Positions 19,036 to 28,085 of a stretch of DNA of 64,000 bases are shown piece after piece (position 1 is the first letter of the stretch; every line of letters starts with the position of its first letter). The position numbers and the translations under genes are program-made. Under the pieces are notes generated by a model. It had not been told where the DNA came from, did no database searches, and was given only the letters and a program-made list of their open reading frames with translations. Source of the stretch: a virus; IMG/VR virus record IMGVR_UViG_3300037483_001670, positions 32,001-96,000 of that record; one strand, written 5' to 3'.

Positions 19036-19722
19036 ATGGTGGACGTGGTCATATCGGAGGAGTCGGCCCGTGGATGCGGGTACCGCAAGCCGGCGAAGGA
19101 CGGCGTGGGCGTGTACCTTGTTGGCCCGAGCGAAGGTGTTGGCTGCGGGCGCCTCCCGTTCAAGCTCCACGCGTGCCCCGTCTGCGGCGGCGGGATCAGG
19201 GCGAGCCGTGGGTGGAACTGGATCGAGCCGTCGAAGCTCTTCGTCATGCCGGAGGACGGTCGGCTGCCCAGCGCGCCGTGTCAGCTCGGCCGGCGGATTT
19301 GCGAGTCGTGTCCGCTCGGTCTCGGCATTCCCGAGGGCAGGCATGGCCTGCTCTGGATCGGCGAGTCGTTCTACAAGACGCCGGACGACTTCTCGAAAGA
19401 GTCGAACCGCATGGGGGTCAGCCGCAAGATCAAGACGGTGCCCAAGGGGTTCGAGATCGGCAAGACGTGGGTCTACCTCGCGCACCGGTTGACGCCCGTC
19501 GGACCGTTTGACGCCGAGAAGGGCGAGGTTCCGAAGGAGCCCGCGATCTTTTCGACGTTCAAACCGACCGGCATCGATCTCGTGATCGCCGACGAGAACA
19601 AGGTGCCGGACCGAGCGGTGAAGCTCGCCGAGGAGCACGGGGCGCGCATCGTGCGCGTCGTGCCGAAGGTGCCGCCGGCCGCGGAGCCGGAGCAGCACAA
19701 CCTCCCGATGGTGCCAGGCTGA
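19036..19722 (+). CDS. conserved phage-type hypothetical protein
   Basis: RGCGYRK..GVYL; CPVCG; LLWIGESFY.TP.DF..E..RMGVSRKI. Confidence 0.7.
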   Translation: MVDVVISEESARGCGYRKPAKDGVGVYLVGPSEGVGCGRLPFKLHACPVCGGGIRASRGWNWIEPSKLFVMPEDGRLPSAPCQLGRRICESCPLGLGIPEGRHGLLWIGESFYKTPDDFSKESNRMGVSRKIKTVPKGFEIGKTWVYLAHRLTPVGPFDAEKGEVPKEPAIFSTFKPTGIDLVIADENKVPDRAVKLAEEHGARIVRVVPKVPPAAEPEQHNLPMVPG

Positions 19723-19943
19723 TGCCCGCAGCAGCCGCAAGCGAGAGCGCATGGGGAACCGACAAGCCGCTGGCGGTCGCTGGCCTAACCAGCTACCGCT
19801 ACCGCGGTAGATTCGGGTGGGTAATGATCGGCGCGCGTGACAACGCGGATGCCTTGCGCGAGGCGGCGCGCAGCGTCGACAACGAGCCCGTGATCGACCA
19901 CCTCGAAGTTTGGAACGGCACGGCATACGAAGCCGCACGCTAA
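19722..19943 (+). CDS. small conserved MGE protein
   Basis: SYRYRGRFGWVMIGARDNADALREAARS. Confidence 0.6.
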   Translation: MPAAAASESAWGTDKPLAVAGLTSYRYRGRFGWVMIGARDNADALREAARSVDNEPVIDHLEVWNGTAYEAAR

Positions 19944-20756
19944 GACCACCGGTGGGAGCCAAACGGACAAGCATGGGTGTTTCTATTGCCAGGAGGGCAT
20001 ACCGGGAGCGCCTCTTTGCCGGGCTGTCGCCAAGCGGGAGGCGTGTGCACCTTGCGCGCGCCGATGGGTCGCCCGTCTGCGGCTCGAACGTCATTGCTGG
20101 GTGTCGCGTTCGAGCGCGCATCACGTGCCCCCAGTGTCGCGCCAAGCGCCCGCGGAAGGCGGCGCGCTGCGAAGGTCGCCCCCACATCGTCGGCGTGGAT
20201 TGGTCGCCGTACTATGCGGCGCTCGGCCGCGCGCTCGCCAACGGAGCGACACGCGAGCCGCCGGTCAAGGTCCGTTTTTGGCCGGTGCTGGCGAAGTTGG
20301 AGAGAACCGGATGAAGAACCCACGCGACCTGACCTCGGCGGAGCTCCTCGTGTCCCTGGCTGACTGGTGGCGCCGGGACCGCAAGTCCGAGGCCGTGCGG
20401 CGGAATATGGAGCCGCCGATGGTGGCGCTGCTCGACGAGGTTGTTCGTCGCGATCGGACCTGCACCTGCCTCAACAAGACGGGTCAGCATCCGATATCGT
20501 GTCCAGCAAGGGAGTCGTCGTGATCGGCGTTGGGGGTGCGTATGGCAAAGCTCTATCGCGTGAAGGTGCGGGCAATGGCCGAGACGACCGTAGTCGTGCG
20601 GGCTGAATCTATCACTGACGCGCAGAACGCAGCGCACGTGCTGGCACCATCGCGCCCGTGGATCGTGCGGGCGGGTCCGCGCGACATCGTGTCGATCGAC
20701 TACGACGAGGTGCAAGAGGTGTTGAGCGAGGTCGAGTGCGATGAGGCTCAAGCGAG

Positions 20757-21125
20757 GTGACGGCTGCGCGTACGCCCACCGATGCCGAGGTTCGCATTCT
20801 GGCGGTCCTCGCACGCATGCCCTACCTGGCGCTGCCCGAGGTAGCGGAGCCGACGCGGTCGCTGCGCGACGCGGTGAAGCTCGAGGGAGGCATGTCGCTC
20901 CGGCTCGAGCTCGTGGCCGACTACCTCGAGCGGCTCTGCGTCGTGCTCGAGGAGTTCAGCTTGCGCTACCAGGACAAGGAAATGCAGCTCGGCGATCTCT
21001 TGGCGGACATGCGATCGGTCGGGCGGGTCGTCCGGCTCGTCTGGGAGGAGCACAGCTGGGATCGTGAACGCAGGACGAAAGAGCGCGACGAGCGCAAAGG
21101 CAAAGGAGGCGGCGGACGTGGGTGA
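20757..21125 (+). CDS. hypothetical helical protein
   Basis: GTG start coupled to the upstream stop. Confidence 0.5.
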   Translation: MTAARTPTDAEVRILAVLARMPYLALPEVAEPTRSLRDAVKLEGGMSLRLELVADYLERLCVVLEEFSLRYQDKEMQLGDLLADMRSVGRVVRLVWEEHSWDRERRTKERDERKGKGGGGRG

Positions 21126-21459
21126 AACCAATCAGACGCAACTCGCGAAGGGTAAGGCAACGGCGGCGAAGATCGTGAAGCTCTTCGCGACGCGCCGCTT
21201 CTGTTACTACATCCCGCCCGACGGACTCGTCGAGGGCGATGGCTACCGGGTGTCGATCGTGTTCGAGCACGAGCCGGGACACTATCCGACTGGCGACTGG
21301 CCGTACGAGGCGAAGCTCGACCAGAAGATGCCCTGGTTTTGGGGGCACGACTACGCCGCCGCCGTCGCGATTGCGGACGAGTCGAACGACCGGATCGGCA
21401 TCGACAAGAAGACTTCCGTCGAGATCATCGCCTCGTCGATGGGCAAGGCGCGCAACTGA
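21118..21459 (+). CDS. hypothetical protein
   Basis: GTG at 21118 with AGGAGG SD. Confidence 0.55.
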   Translation: MGETNQTQLAKGKATAAKIVKLFATRRFCYYIPPDGLVEGDGYRVSIVFEHEPGHYPTGDWPYEAKLDQKMPWFWGHDYAAAVAIADESNDRIGIDKKTSVEIIASSMGKARN

Positions 21460-21980
21460 TGGCGACCCAGTTCAAGGTCAAACGTCGCATTGAGTCGGTG
21501 CGGTTCGTTGTGAGCGGATCGGGCGAGTTCCCGTTCGACCTGCTCCGCAAGCAGTGCTGCTTTCCGATCGTCGAGCACGATGCACGGCTGCTCGAGTCGA
21601 GCGGAGAGAGGCGGCTCGTTCTCGAGCATCGGGACAACGGGCAGGCTCCCGCCATGTCCGTGTGGCGCGACGCGCGCTGGCCCGTTGTGGAAATTCTCGA
21701 CGATTGGGCGCCCGGGCTCAAGAACTACAAGCTGAAGCGGGCCGTCGAAGCGGTGCGATTCGTCGTGCAGGGCGGCGGGGACTTCCCCTTCGACATGCTG
21801 CGCTACGACTGCTGTTTCCCGGTCCACGAGGCCGAAGCGAAGGATCTCGGCAATCGCGGGCCGAAGCTGGTGACGCTCGAGCATCGCGGCAACGGGATGG
21901 CGCCCACGGCTGGCAGGTGGAGCTCGTTCCTGTGGAAAGTGGTCGACATCGTCGCGACGCGCGATTGGGTGACGCCGTGA
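21459..21980 (+). CDS. hypothetical protein made of two tandem homologous domains
   Basis: RFVVSGSGEFPFDLLRKQCCFP and RFVVQGGGDFPFDMLRYDCCFP. Confidence 0.7.
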   Translation: MATQFKVKRRIESVRFVVSGSGEFPFDLLRKQCCFPIVEHDARLLESSGERRLVLEHRDNGQAPAMSVWRDARWPVVEILDDWAPGLKNYKLKRAVEAVRFVVQGGGDFPFDMLRYDCCFPVHEAEAKDLGNRGPKLVTLEHRGNGMAPTAGRWSSFLWKVVDIVATRDWVTP

Positions 21981-22270
21981 GCATGCGCCGACGCGACCGC
22001 GCGGCGCGCCTCCGCGCCGAGCTGAAGAAGCTCGAGGCCTTTCGTGGCGACGCGCGCATCTTCGTCGACGCGCTGGAGAACCGCATGCCGTCCACGTTCG
22101 CGTCGATCGTGTGCGAGGACATTGACGACGCGCCGGCAACGCCGGATGAAGAGGTGCGCCAGCTCGCCGACTCCGTTCTCCGTGAATCGCTCTTGGGCGC
22201 GCTCGTGCAGTACGAGCAAGCGCTGAAGGCCAGGCTCGAAGAAGTCTCTCGGAAGAAGCTGGTGGTCTGA
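21977..22270 (+). CDS. hypothetical protein
   Basis: GTGA coupling. Confidence 0.5.
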   Translation: MSMRRRDRAARLRAELKKLEAFRGDARIFVDALENRMPSTFASIVCEDIDDAPATPDEEVRQLADSVLRESLLGALVQYEQALKARLEEVSRKKLVV

Positions 22271-22301
22271 TGGTGCTCGGCAAGCCGTGGTGGAGGTGGG
22301 C

Positions 22302-22913
22302 ATGAAAGTTCGCAACGCAACGGCGTACAACACGAGAGACCTGCGCCGCTTCTTTGCGGCCGGCCTCCGCGCCATGAACGCGAAGCCCGACAAGGTCATC
22401 GAGGTGAAGTACATCACCGGCGGCCGGCACATCTGCTGGGCCTCTCTCGGCAGCGTGACCCGGACGACCGTGGTGCACGAGGGCGATGTGGTGACGCGGC
22501 CATTTCGAACGGTCGAAGGCCGGTGGATTCGGATGCTTTTGCCGAAGCCTGGCCTCCCGATCGATTACCGCTGGTTCGCCCGCGTGTTCGAACATGAAGT
22601 TCATCACAATAAGGGCGCCACGCATCGCGAGATGACCCAGCATCAGAAGGACTGCGATCTCCCGCTCCCCGAGTGGGCCGCGGGTCTCGAGATCCGTGAG
22701 GTGCAGGTGTTGGAGTTGAGCGTGGGCGAGCGCAAGGCGCTGCGGGCGCAGAAGCGCGAGGAGCACGCCCGGGCGAAGCTCGCGGCGGCGCTCCGCAAAA
22801 AGAAGTTGATCGAGACCCTTATCAAACGCTGGCGCAAACGCGTGTATTACTACGACCGCAAGATGGCGGCGAAACGAGGAGCCCATGCCGAAAAGCCAAG
22901 CAGCGAAGAGTGA
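22302..22913 (+). CDS. putative zincin-like metalloprotease
   Basis: FARVFEHEVHHNKG, an HExxH motif; GGAGG SD. Confidence 0.5.
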   Translation: MKVRNATAYNTRDLRRFFAAGLRAMNAKPDKVIEVKYITGGRHICWASLGSVTRTTVVHEGDVVTRPFRTVEGRWIRMLLPKPGLPIDYRWFARVFEHEVHHNKGATHREMTQHQKDCDLPLPEWAAGLEIREVQVLELSVGERKALRAQKREEHARAKLAAALRKKKLIETLIKRWRKRVYYYDRKMAAKRGAHAEKPSSEE

Positions 22914-23259
22914 GAAGAAGAAGCCTCCGATGCGCAGGTTTTGGGTGCAGATGGAGGTCGAGGTCATGGTCTCGCAGGCGTTGCTCGATTCGGTGCTGAC
23001 CGAAGAGTGGCGCTCGATCATGTACCCGACCGTCAACACGCCGGCTCTCGTGGCGGAGCATATCGCGTTCAACTTGGTGCAGGGTCGAGGCCTGACCAAC
23101 TTGGACGGGTTTGCGGACCAGAAGGAGGATGCCGCTACGTGCACCGATCCGGAAGTCGTCGACTCGCACGAGCTCGAGCTGTTCAAGAGAGGCGTGCGCC
23201 CTCGGATCAAAAAAGCAAAAAAGTCTGCACGAGGAAGGCCCGTCGCGCGCACAAGGTGA
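22885..23259 (+). CDS. hypothetical protein
   Basis: 124-aa ORF with SD. Confidence 0.5.
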   Translation: MPKSQAAKSEKKKPPMRRFWVQMEVEVMVSQALLDSVLTEEWRSIMYPTVNTPALVAEHIAFNLVQGRGLTNLDGFADQKEDAATCTDPEVVDSHELELFKRGVRPRIKKAKKSARGRPVARTR

Positions 23260-23273
23260 CGGGAGGCCACCAA

Positions 23274-25265
23274 ATGCGAGAAGAATATCGGTCCAAGAAA
23301 TTCACGACGGAGTCGCTCGATCGTATCGGGCAGTGCAACGAGATCATCGACGACTACGCGGCGCAAGGTCTGCGGCTGACCTTGCGGCAGCTCTTCTACC
23401 AGCTCGTCTCGCGGGCGCTTCTCTCGAACGAGCAGCGGAGCTACAAGAATTTGTCGACGCTCGTTAGCGACGCCCGGCTGGCGGGCCTGATGGACTGGGA
23501 TGCCATCGAGGACCGCGGAAGGCAACCGCGGGCCGCGTCGGAGTTCAAAGACCTGGCCGAGCTCGCCGAGGCGGCGATTCAGAGCTACCGCCTGCCTCGC
23601 TGGCACAACCAGGACTCCTATGCGGAATTGTGGTGTTTTCCACCAACGACGCTGGTTACCACGCCGGATGGCGTTGCGCCCATTGCGGCACTCGAAGTCG
23701 GAGATCTGGTCATCGACGCTCAGGGCGTTGCTCGACGGGTGCGCAGCCTGTTTCGGCGCCGCTATGTTGGTCGCTTGGTCGAGGTGCGAGCGCGGGGGCT
23801 ATTGCCATTTTGTCTTACGCCGAACCACCCGGTACGGGTGGAGCAGTGGACCGGGACAGGAGTGGGCAGCTCTCGTGGTTATTCGCCGCGCGAATTTGTG
23901 CGAGCCGATCGTTTGCGGAAGCATGATCTTGTCATCGTGCCACGCGTCGGTCTGGTGCGTGACCGGCGGACGCTGCGCATGGCTGGAGGACCAAGGACGG
24001 TCAATACACCAACGGTGAAGGTCGATAGCGCGTTCTGCTCCGTAGCTGGGCTGTATCTGGCCGAAGGCAGTGTGCGCGGCGATGGGCGGACTTTGCAGTT
24101 CACGTTTCATCGGAAAGAAACGGCGTACGCCGAGGTGGTCAAGGCCTGGGCCACCGTTGCCGGATTTAAGTGGAGCGAAGCTTTCGGCGCAGGGACAAGA
24201 ATCGTGTACGTCTTCGGTAAAGCTGCGGCCAAGTTCTTCGGAGACGCTTTCGGCTCTGGGTCGTGGAACAAGCGGTTCCCGTTGTGGGCGATGACGCTGC
24301 CGCACGCCAAACAGATGAAAATGTTGGAATACTATTTTCGTGGCGATGGCTCGCTCTGGGACGTTAGTCGTTCAGCATTGTCCGTGGGTACCCGTAGTGA
24401 AACATTGGCAAGGCAGGTGCAACTCGTATTGATGCGATGCGGCCACGCTGCGTCGCTCTGCGTTGTTCAAGATCATGGGCAACCGTTTTTTCGCGTGACG
24501 ATCGGCGGTGTCAACGCGGCTGCGGTTGGCAAAAAATGGAGCCTACCTTTGCCAGTTCGTAAGTACAGATTCTCGCACATGAAAGTGCGTGTCGACGGCG
24601 TGGCGTGTCCGATTGGTACCCTTCGTGAGGTGCCGTACGAAGGGGACGTCTACAATATCGAGGTCGAGAAGACGAACTCCTATTGTGTTCCGTGTGCCGT
24701 GCATAACTGTGAAAAAGACGCTCTGGCCGGCATCTTGTGGCCGCTCGCACGTCAGTTTCACGTGTCCCTGCAAGTGAATAAGGGTTACTCGTCCCAATCG
24801 GCAATGTACGAGGCGGCCGCCCGCTTTAAGGCGAAGGAGTACTACGAGAACACGTCGACCGAGCCTGCGCATTCCGTTCAGCGCCGACTCGTGCTGCTCT
24901 ACCTCGGCGACCACGACCCGTCCGGCGAGGACATGGTGCGCGACATCCGGGAGCGGCTCAGCATGTTCGGGGTCGAGGTCGACGTGCGCAAGATCGCACT
25001 GACGATTCGGCAGGTGCGTCAGTACAACCCGCCGCCGAACCCCGCCAAGATTACGGACCCGCGCGCGGTCGATTACATCCGCAAGCACGGCGAGAAGTCG
25101 TGGGAGGTCGACGCGCTGCCGCCCGAGGTGCTGTCGCAGTTGATCCGCGCGGCGTTCGCCGAGCTTGTCGACGAGAGCGAGCTCCGGCGGGTGCTCAAGC
25201 TGGAGGAGCGTGACAAGAAGCGACTACGCAAGGCCGTCGAGAAGCTCACGGATCAGGCCAAATGA
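23274..25265 (+). CDS. TopoVI-A/Spo11/JetD-like TOPRIM protein interrupted by an intein
   Basis: LTLRQLFYQL (Tyr motif), W|CEKDAL, NKGYSS, LYLGDHDPSG (DxD), WEVDAL; exteins total about 305 aa. Confidence 0.8.
   Translation: MREEYRSKKFTTESLDRIGQCNEIIDDYAAQGLRLTLRQLFYQLVSRALLSNEQRSYKNLSTLVSDARLAGLMDWDAIEDRGRQPRAASEFKDLAELAEAAIQSYRLPRWHNQDSYAELWCFPPTTLVTTPDGVAPIAALEVGDLVIDAQGVARRVRSLFRRRYVGRLVEVRARGLLPFCLTPNHPVRVEQWTGTGVGSSRGYSPREFVRADRLRKHDLVIVPRVGLVRDRRTLRMAGGPRTVNTPTVKVDSAFCSVAGLYLAEGSVRGDGRTLQFTFHRKETAYAEVVKAWATVAGFKWSEAFGAGTRIVYVFGKAAAKFFGDAFGSGSWNKRFPLWAMTLPHAKQMKMLEYYFRGDGSLWDVSRSALSVGTRSETLARQVQLVLMRCGHAASLCVVQDHGQPFFRVTIGGVNAAAVGKKWSLPLPVRKYRFSHMKVRVDGVACPIGTLREVPYEGDVYNIEVEKTNSYCVPCAVHNCEKDALAGILWPLARQFHVSLQVNKGYSSQSAMYEAAARFKAKEYYENTSTEPAHSVQRRLVLLYLGDHDPSGEDMVRDIRERLSMFGVEVDVRKIALTIRQVRQYNPPPNPAKITDPRAVDYIRKHGEKSWEVDALPPEVLSQLIRAAFAELVDESELRRVLKLEERDKKRLRKAVEKLTDQAK
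23634..24707 (+). mobile_element. intein with LAGLIDADG homing endonuclease (358 aa)
   Basis: Starts CFPPTTLV, ends VHN followed by Cys +1; blocks AGLYLAEGS and EYYFRGDGS; VYNIEVE block F; visibly lower GC. Confidence 0.9.
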
Positions 25266-25350
25266 ACGTTCTGTTTTGGCTGGCTATTGTGGCTTTCATT
25301 GCGTTCATCGTCTTCGAGATGGTGAGGGGGCACGACGACGGAGGAAGCCC

Positions 25351-25641
25351 ATGAAAACGAAGAAGAAGGCGGCCAAGCTCAAGCGTCATCGGTTGACGAC
25401 GGCTCTCGATCGCCACGAGCTTCGCCAGTTCAAGAAAGTCGCGAAGTTCGTGCGGGGGCACTGCGGTCCGGTCTCGGACGCCGAGGTGCTCCGCTACCTC
25501 GTGCGGAATTGGAGCGAGTCGTCCACGACGACCTGGTTTGTCGACACGGTGAACGGCAACGACACGAACGACGGACTCACCTCGAAGACGCCGCTCCGCA
25601 CGCCAGGGGAGCTGCGGCGGCGCATGGGAGTGGACCGGTGA
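25351..25641 (+). CDS. small protein: RHH-like N-terminus plus VD..NGNDTNDG motif
   Basis: SDAEVLRYLV; WFVDTVNGNDTNDGLTSKTPLRT. Confidence 0.5.
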   Translation: MKTKKKAAKLKRHRLTTALDRHELRQFKKVAKFVRGHCGPVSDAEVLRYLVRNWSESSTTTWFVDTVNGNDTNDGLTSKTPLRTPGELRRRMGVDR

Positions 25642-26111
25642 GCGACCCTACGTCACCGCGGTGCTTTTACTTCGGTTGCTGGAACCAGGCGGGGCACTAC
25701 CTGCGCGCGCCCGGTGGCCGTTCGTCCAAAGACGCTTACTCCATCGAGTACTACGGGGAGGGTGTGCACCTCGACGGGACGCTCGCGCCGAGAAAGATGC
25801 ACCGCACGGGAGAGCTGTGCTGGGCCGGCATGGGCTCGTCGGTTACCAAACGGCAGCGTATCTCGTACGACTCGGACGAGTACAAGCAGGGCCTGTTCTT
25901 GCGGCACGAGCTCAGCACCGGGTTTACGGCCATCCAGTGGTGGGATCGCTGTCAGGGCGACAGCCGCGGGGCGTGCAACAGCACGATCCTGCTCGAGGGC
26001 AAGCGCCCGACCGCCGAGATGTTGGCCGCGTTGGAGACGCATTTTCCCCACGTGCTCGCGAACCTGACCCGCGCCGGGGTGGTCCTCGTCGAGGTCATCC
26101 CGCCAGCGTGA
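25638..26111 (+). CDS. conserved hypothetical protein
   Basis: YFGCWNQAGHYL; LDGTLAP; GFTAIQWWDRCQGDSRGACNS. Confidence 0.6.
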   Translation: MSDPTSPRCFYFGCWNQAGHYLRAPGGRSSKDAYSIEYYGEGVHLDGTLAPRKMHRTGELCWAGMGSSVTKRQRISYDSDEYKQGLFLRHELSTGFTAIQWWDRCQGDSRGACNSTILLEGKRPTAEMLAALETHFPHVLANLTRAGVVLVEVIPPA

Positions 26112-26282
26112 GCCTTTTCTCTGGCTGCTACTCCGGCTCGGTGTCGTGCATCGAGTGCGCCGGCACCGGCGCCGAGCATTTCTGCGACATGGATCCCGAC
26201 AGCCCGACGTACCTGTGGTGCGTACAGTGTCGGTGTCCCGACGACCCAAAAAAGCCGAACGGCACGGGCGCGAATCCGGGTA

Positions 26283-26861
26283 ATGTGGAAAGTCATGAAA
26301 GCCGCGTGCCTGCTCCTGCTCCTGAGCCTTTTGATGTTGACGAGTTCATGTGAGCCGTCGTGCCGTGCGGCGCGGTGGGGCTACAGCATTTCGAACGGCG
26401 TGACCTACGAGGTCGCGCCGACGTCGACCACGCCGGGCGGTATCAAGTACGACGCGACGGGCCAGAACGTGCCGCCCGAGCTCATCGACCGGTTGACGCG
26501 CGAGGTCGGCGACTGCCTGAAGATGTCGATCGATCCCGCGTCGTTCGTCGTGAAGATTCCGGCGGGCTGGTCGAAGTCGTGCGACGGCTCGCAGGAGATG
26601 CTTCCGTCAGGCGCCCCTGAGATCGGGTGCATGGCGAAGGGTCTCGGTGACCCAGATCCGAAGTGTCCGTGCCGCTGGCGCGCGCTCATCCAGTGCCCGA
26701 ACACGATCGTTGCGACGCCGAGCCTCTATTTGTTCAAGGACGCGCTCACGCGGTTCGTGACCGGTTCGGTCAACCCGTGGGCCGATCCAAAGCTCGTCGC
26801 GTGCGCGTCGCCGAGCACGCCTCCTCTCAGTTCGTATCCACCGCTCACCTCGGGAACGTAA
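26283..26861 (+). CDS. putative Cys-rich lipoprotein or secreted protein
   Basis: Hydrophobic signal ending LTSSC; many Cys. Confidence 0.6.
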   Translation: MWKVMKAACLLLLLSLLMLTSSCEPSCRAARWGYSISNGVTYEVAPTSTTPGGIKYDATGQNVPPELIDRLTREVGDCLKMSIDPASFVVKIPAGWSKSCDGSQEMLPSGAPEIGCMAKGLGDPDPKCPCRWRALIQCPNTIVATPSLYLFKDALTRFVTGSVNPWADPKLVACASPSTPPLSSYPPLTSGT

Positions 26862-26862
26862 G

Positions 26863-27156
26863 ATGCCGAAGCTTCCGTACGTCGCGCCGAAACTGCGCGA
26901 GCTCGACCTGCACGAAGAAATCGCGAAGCAGATAAGCCGTGAGCTCCATGGACCGGACTCCGGTCGGTGGACGAGTGAACGGCCAGGCGATGCAGCGGTG
27001 CAGCATCTGAAGCACTACATCGAAGGCTACCGCTCTCGCATCTTCGGCCTCAGCGACTGCCCCTACTCGCCGGGCAGCGCGCGCGGTCTCTCGTGGCTGC
27101 GTGGGTGGACGATCGCCGGCATCGATTTGCCGAGGCCGAACGCCGCGACGGGGTAA
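26863..27156 (+). CDS. hypothetical protein
   Basis: 97 aa; CPYS..WLRGW. Confidence 0.5.
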   Translation: MPKLPYVAPKLRELDLHEEIAKQISRELHGPDSGRWTSERPGDAAVQHLKHYIEGYRSRIFGLSDCPYSPGSARGLSWLRGWTIAGIDLPRPNAATG

Positions 27157-27158
27157 GC

Positions 27159-27201
27159 TTGCAGCCGCTAGTACGAACGTGATAGTACGATCGTCACGAT
27201 G
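27159..27201 (+). promoter_or_regulatory. promoter/operator (site 3)
   Basis: TTGCAG (27159) N18 TAGTAC; tandem TAGTACGAACGTGA/TAGTACGATCGTCA, then CGATG with ATG at 27199. Confidence 0.7.
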
Positions 27202-27612
27202 ACGTTCGACCCCGCGGTGCACTTCCAGATCGCCGACGACCCGCGCAAGGTGGCGCTCCTCTTGGACCCGGTCGCGACCGATCCGAAACCGACAACGATT
27301 GCGGAGCTGCTCGAGTTCGGGGAAGACACGATCGTCGTGGGCACGCATTTCTCCGACGACATCTTTCGCACCACGTTCGATCGGTTTACCGGGCTCGCGC
27401 TCGACAATGGGCGACTGAAGACCAACACGATTCCGCCGAAGGAGCTCGCTCGCCTCGAGCGCTTTGCGGCCGAAGGGGCGTACAAGACGAGGCCAGCCGA
27501 GTGGGGCCAAGTGACTCCGGCAGCAGCGACACCGGCCCAGGTCCCGGTTCACGCGTCTGCTCCTGCTCCGGTGGCAGCCGAGGCAGCGTTCGATCCCGAT
27601 GCGTTCCTGTGA
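27199..27612 (+). CDS. hypothetical protein, possibly leaderless
   Basis: ATG 16 nt after the motif start, no SD. Confidence 0.6.
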   Translation: MTFDPAVHFQIADDPRKVALLLDPVATDPKPTTIAELLEFGEDTIVVGTHFSDDIFRTTFDRFTGLALDNGRLKTNTIPPKELARLERFAAEGAYKTRPAEWGQVTPAAATPAQVPVHASAPAPVAAEAAFDPDAFL

Positions 27613-28034
27613 GTGAGAGCGGGGAGGCGCTCGCGGTAGCGTTCGAGCCGCCACCGGCCGATGGGCCACCGCTTGCGTCGACCGCTCTGGTCTGCGATCA
27701 CTGCGGTGCGCCTTGCAACATGGCCGAGTACGTGACCGAGCACGTGACGCGCGTCGTGGACGGGTGGGCGGCGCCCGGCGGCCTCGGACCGGAGAAGCTG
27801 ACGCGCAAGGAGCTCCTGGTCACGCATCTTTTGCTGCGAGGCTACATGGTCGACGAGCTCGCGACCGTGTTGGGTAACACGACGAAAACGGTGAAGTGCC
27901 ACATCACGTCGATCTATCGGAAGCTCGGCATTCAGGCTCGCCATGAGCTCTTCGCGCGAGTCTTCGGGTTCGACGACATGCCGATGCCGGAGAGCGCGTG
28001 GCAGAACCAAAACCCGCGCTGTCCGCAGGTCTGA
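27609..28034 (+). CDS. LuxR/GerE-type HTH regulator with N-terminal CxxC
   Basis: LTRKELLVTHLLLRGYMVDELATVLGNTTKTVKCHITSIYRKLGI; CDHCG; GTG at 27609. Confidence 0.85.
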   Translation: MSESGEALAVAFEPPPADGPPLASTALVCDHCGAPCNMAEYVTEHVTRVVDGWAAPGGLGPEKLTRKELLVTHLLLRGYMVDELATVLGNTTKTVKCHITSIYRKLGIQARHELFARVFGFDDMPMPESAWQNQNPRCPQV

Positions 28035-28042
28035 TCGAAAAC

Positions 28043-28085
28043 TTGCCGTGCAAGTTACGATCGTGCTAGTACGATCGTAACGATG
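28043..28085 (+). promoter_or_regulatory. promoter/operator upstream of the cas12-like gene (site 4)
   Basis: TTGCCG (28043) N18 TAGTAC (28067); 28-bp near-palindrome GTTACGATCGT-GCTAGT-ACGATCGTAAC at 28054-28081. Confidence 0.75.
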
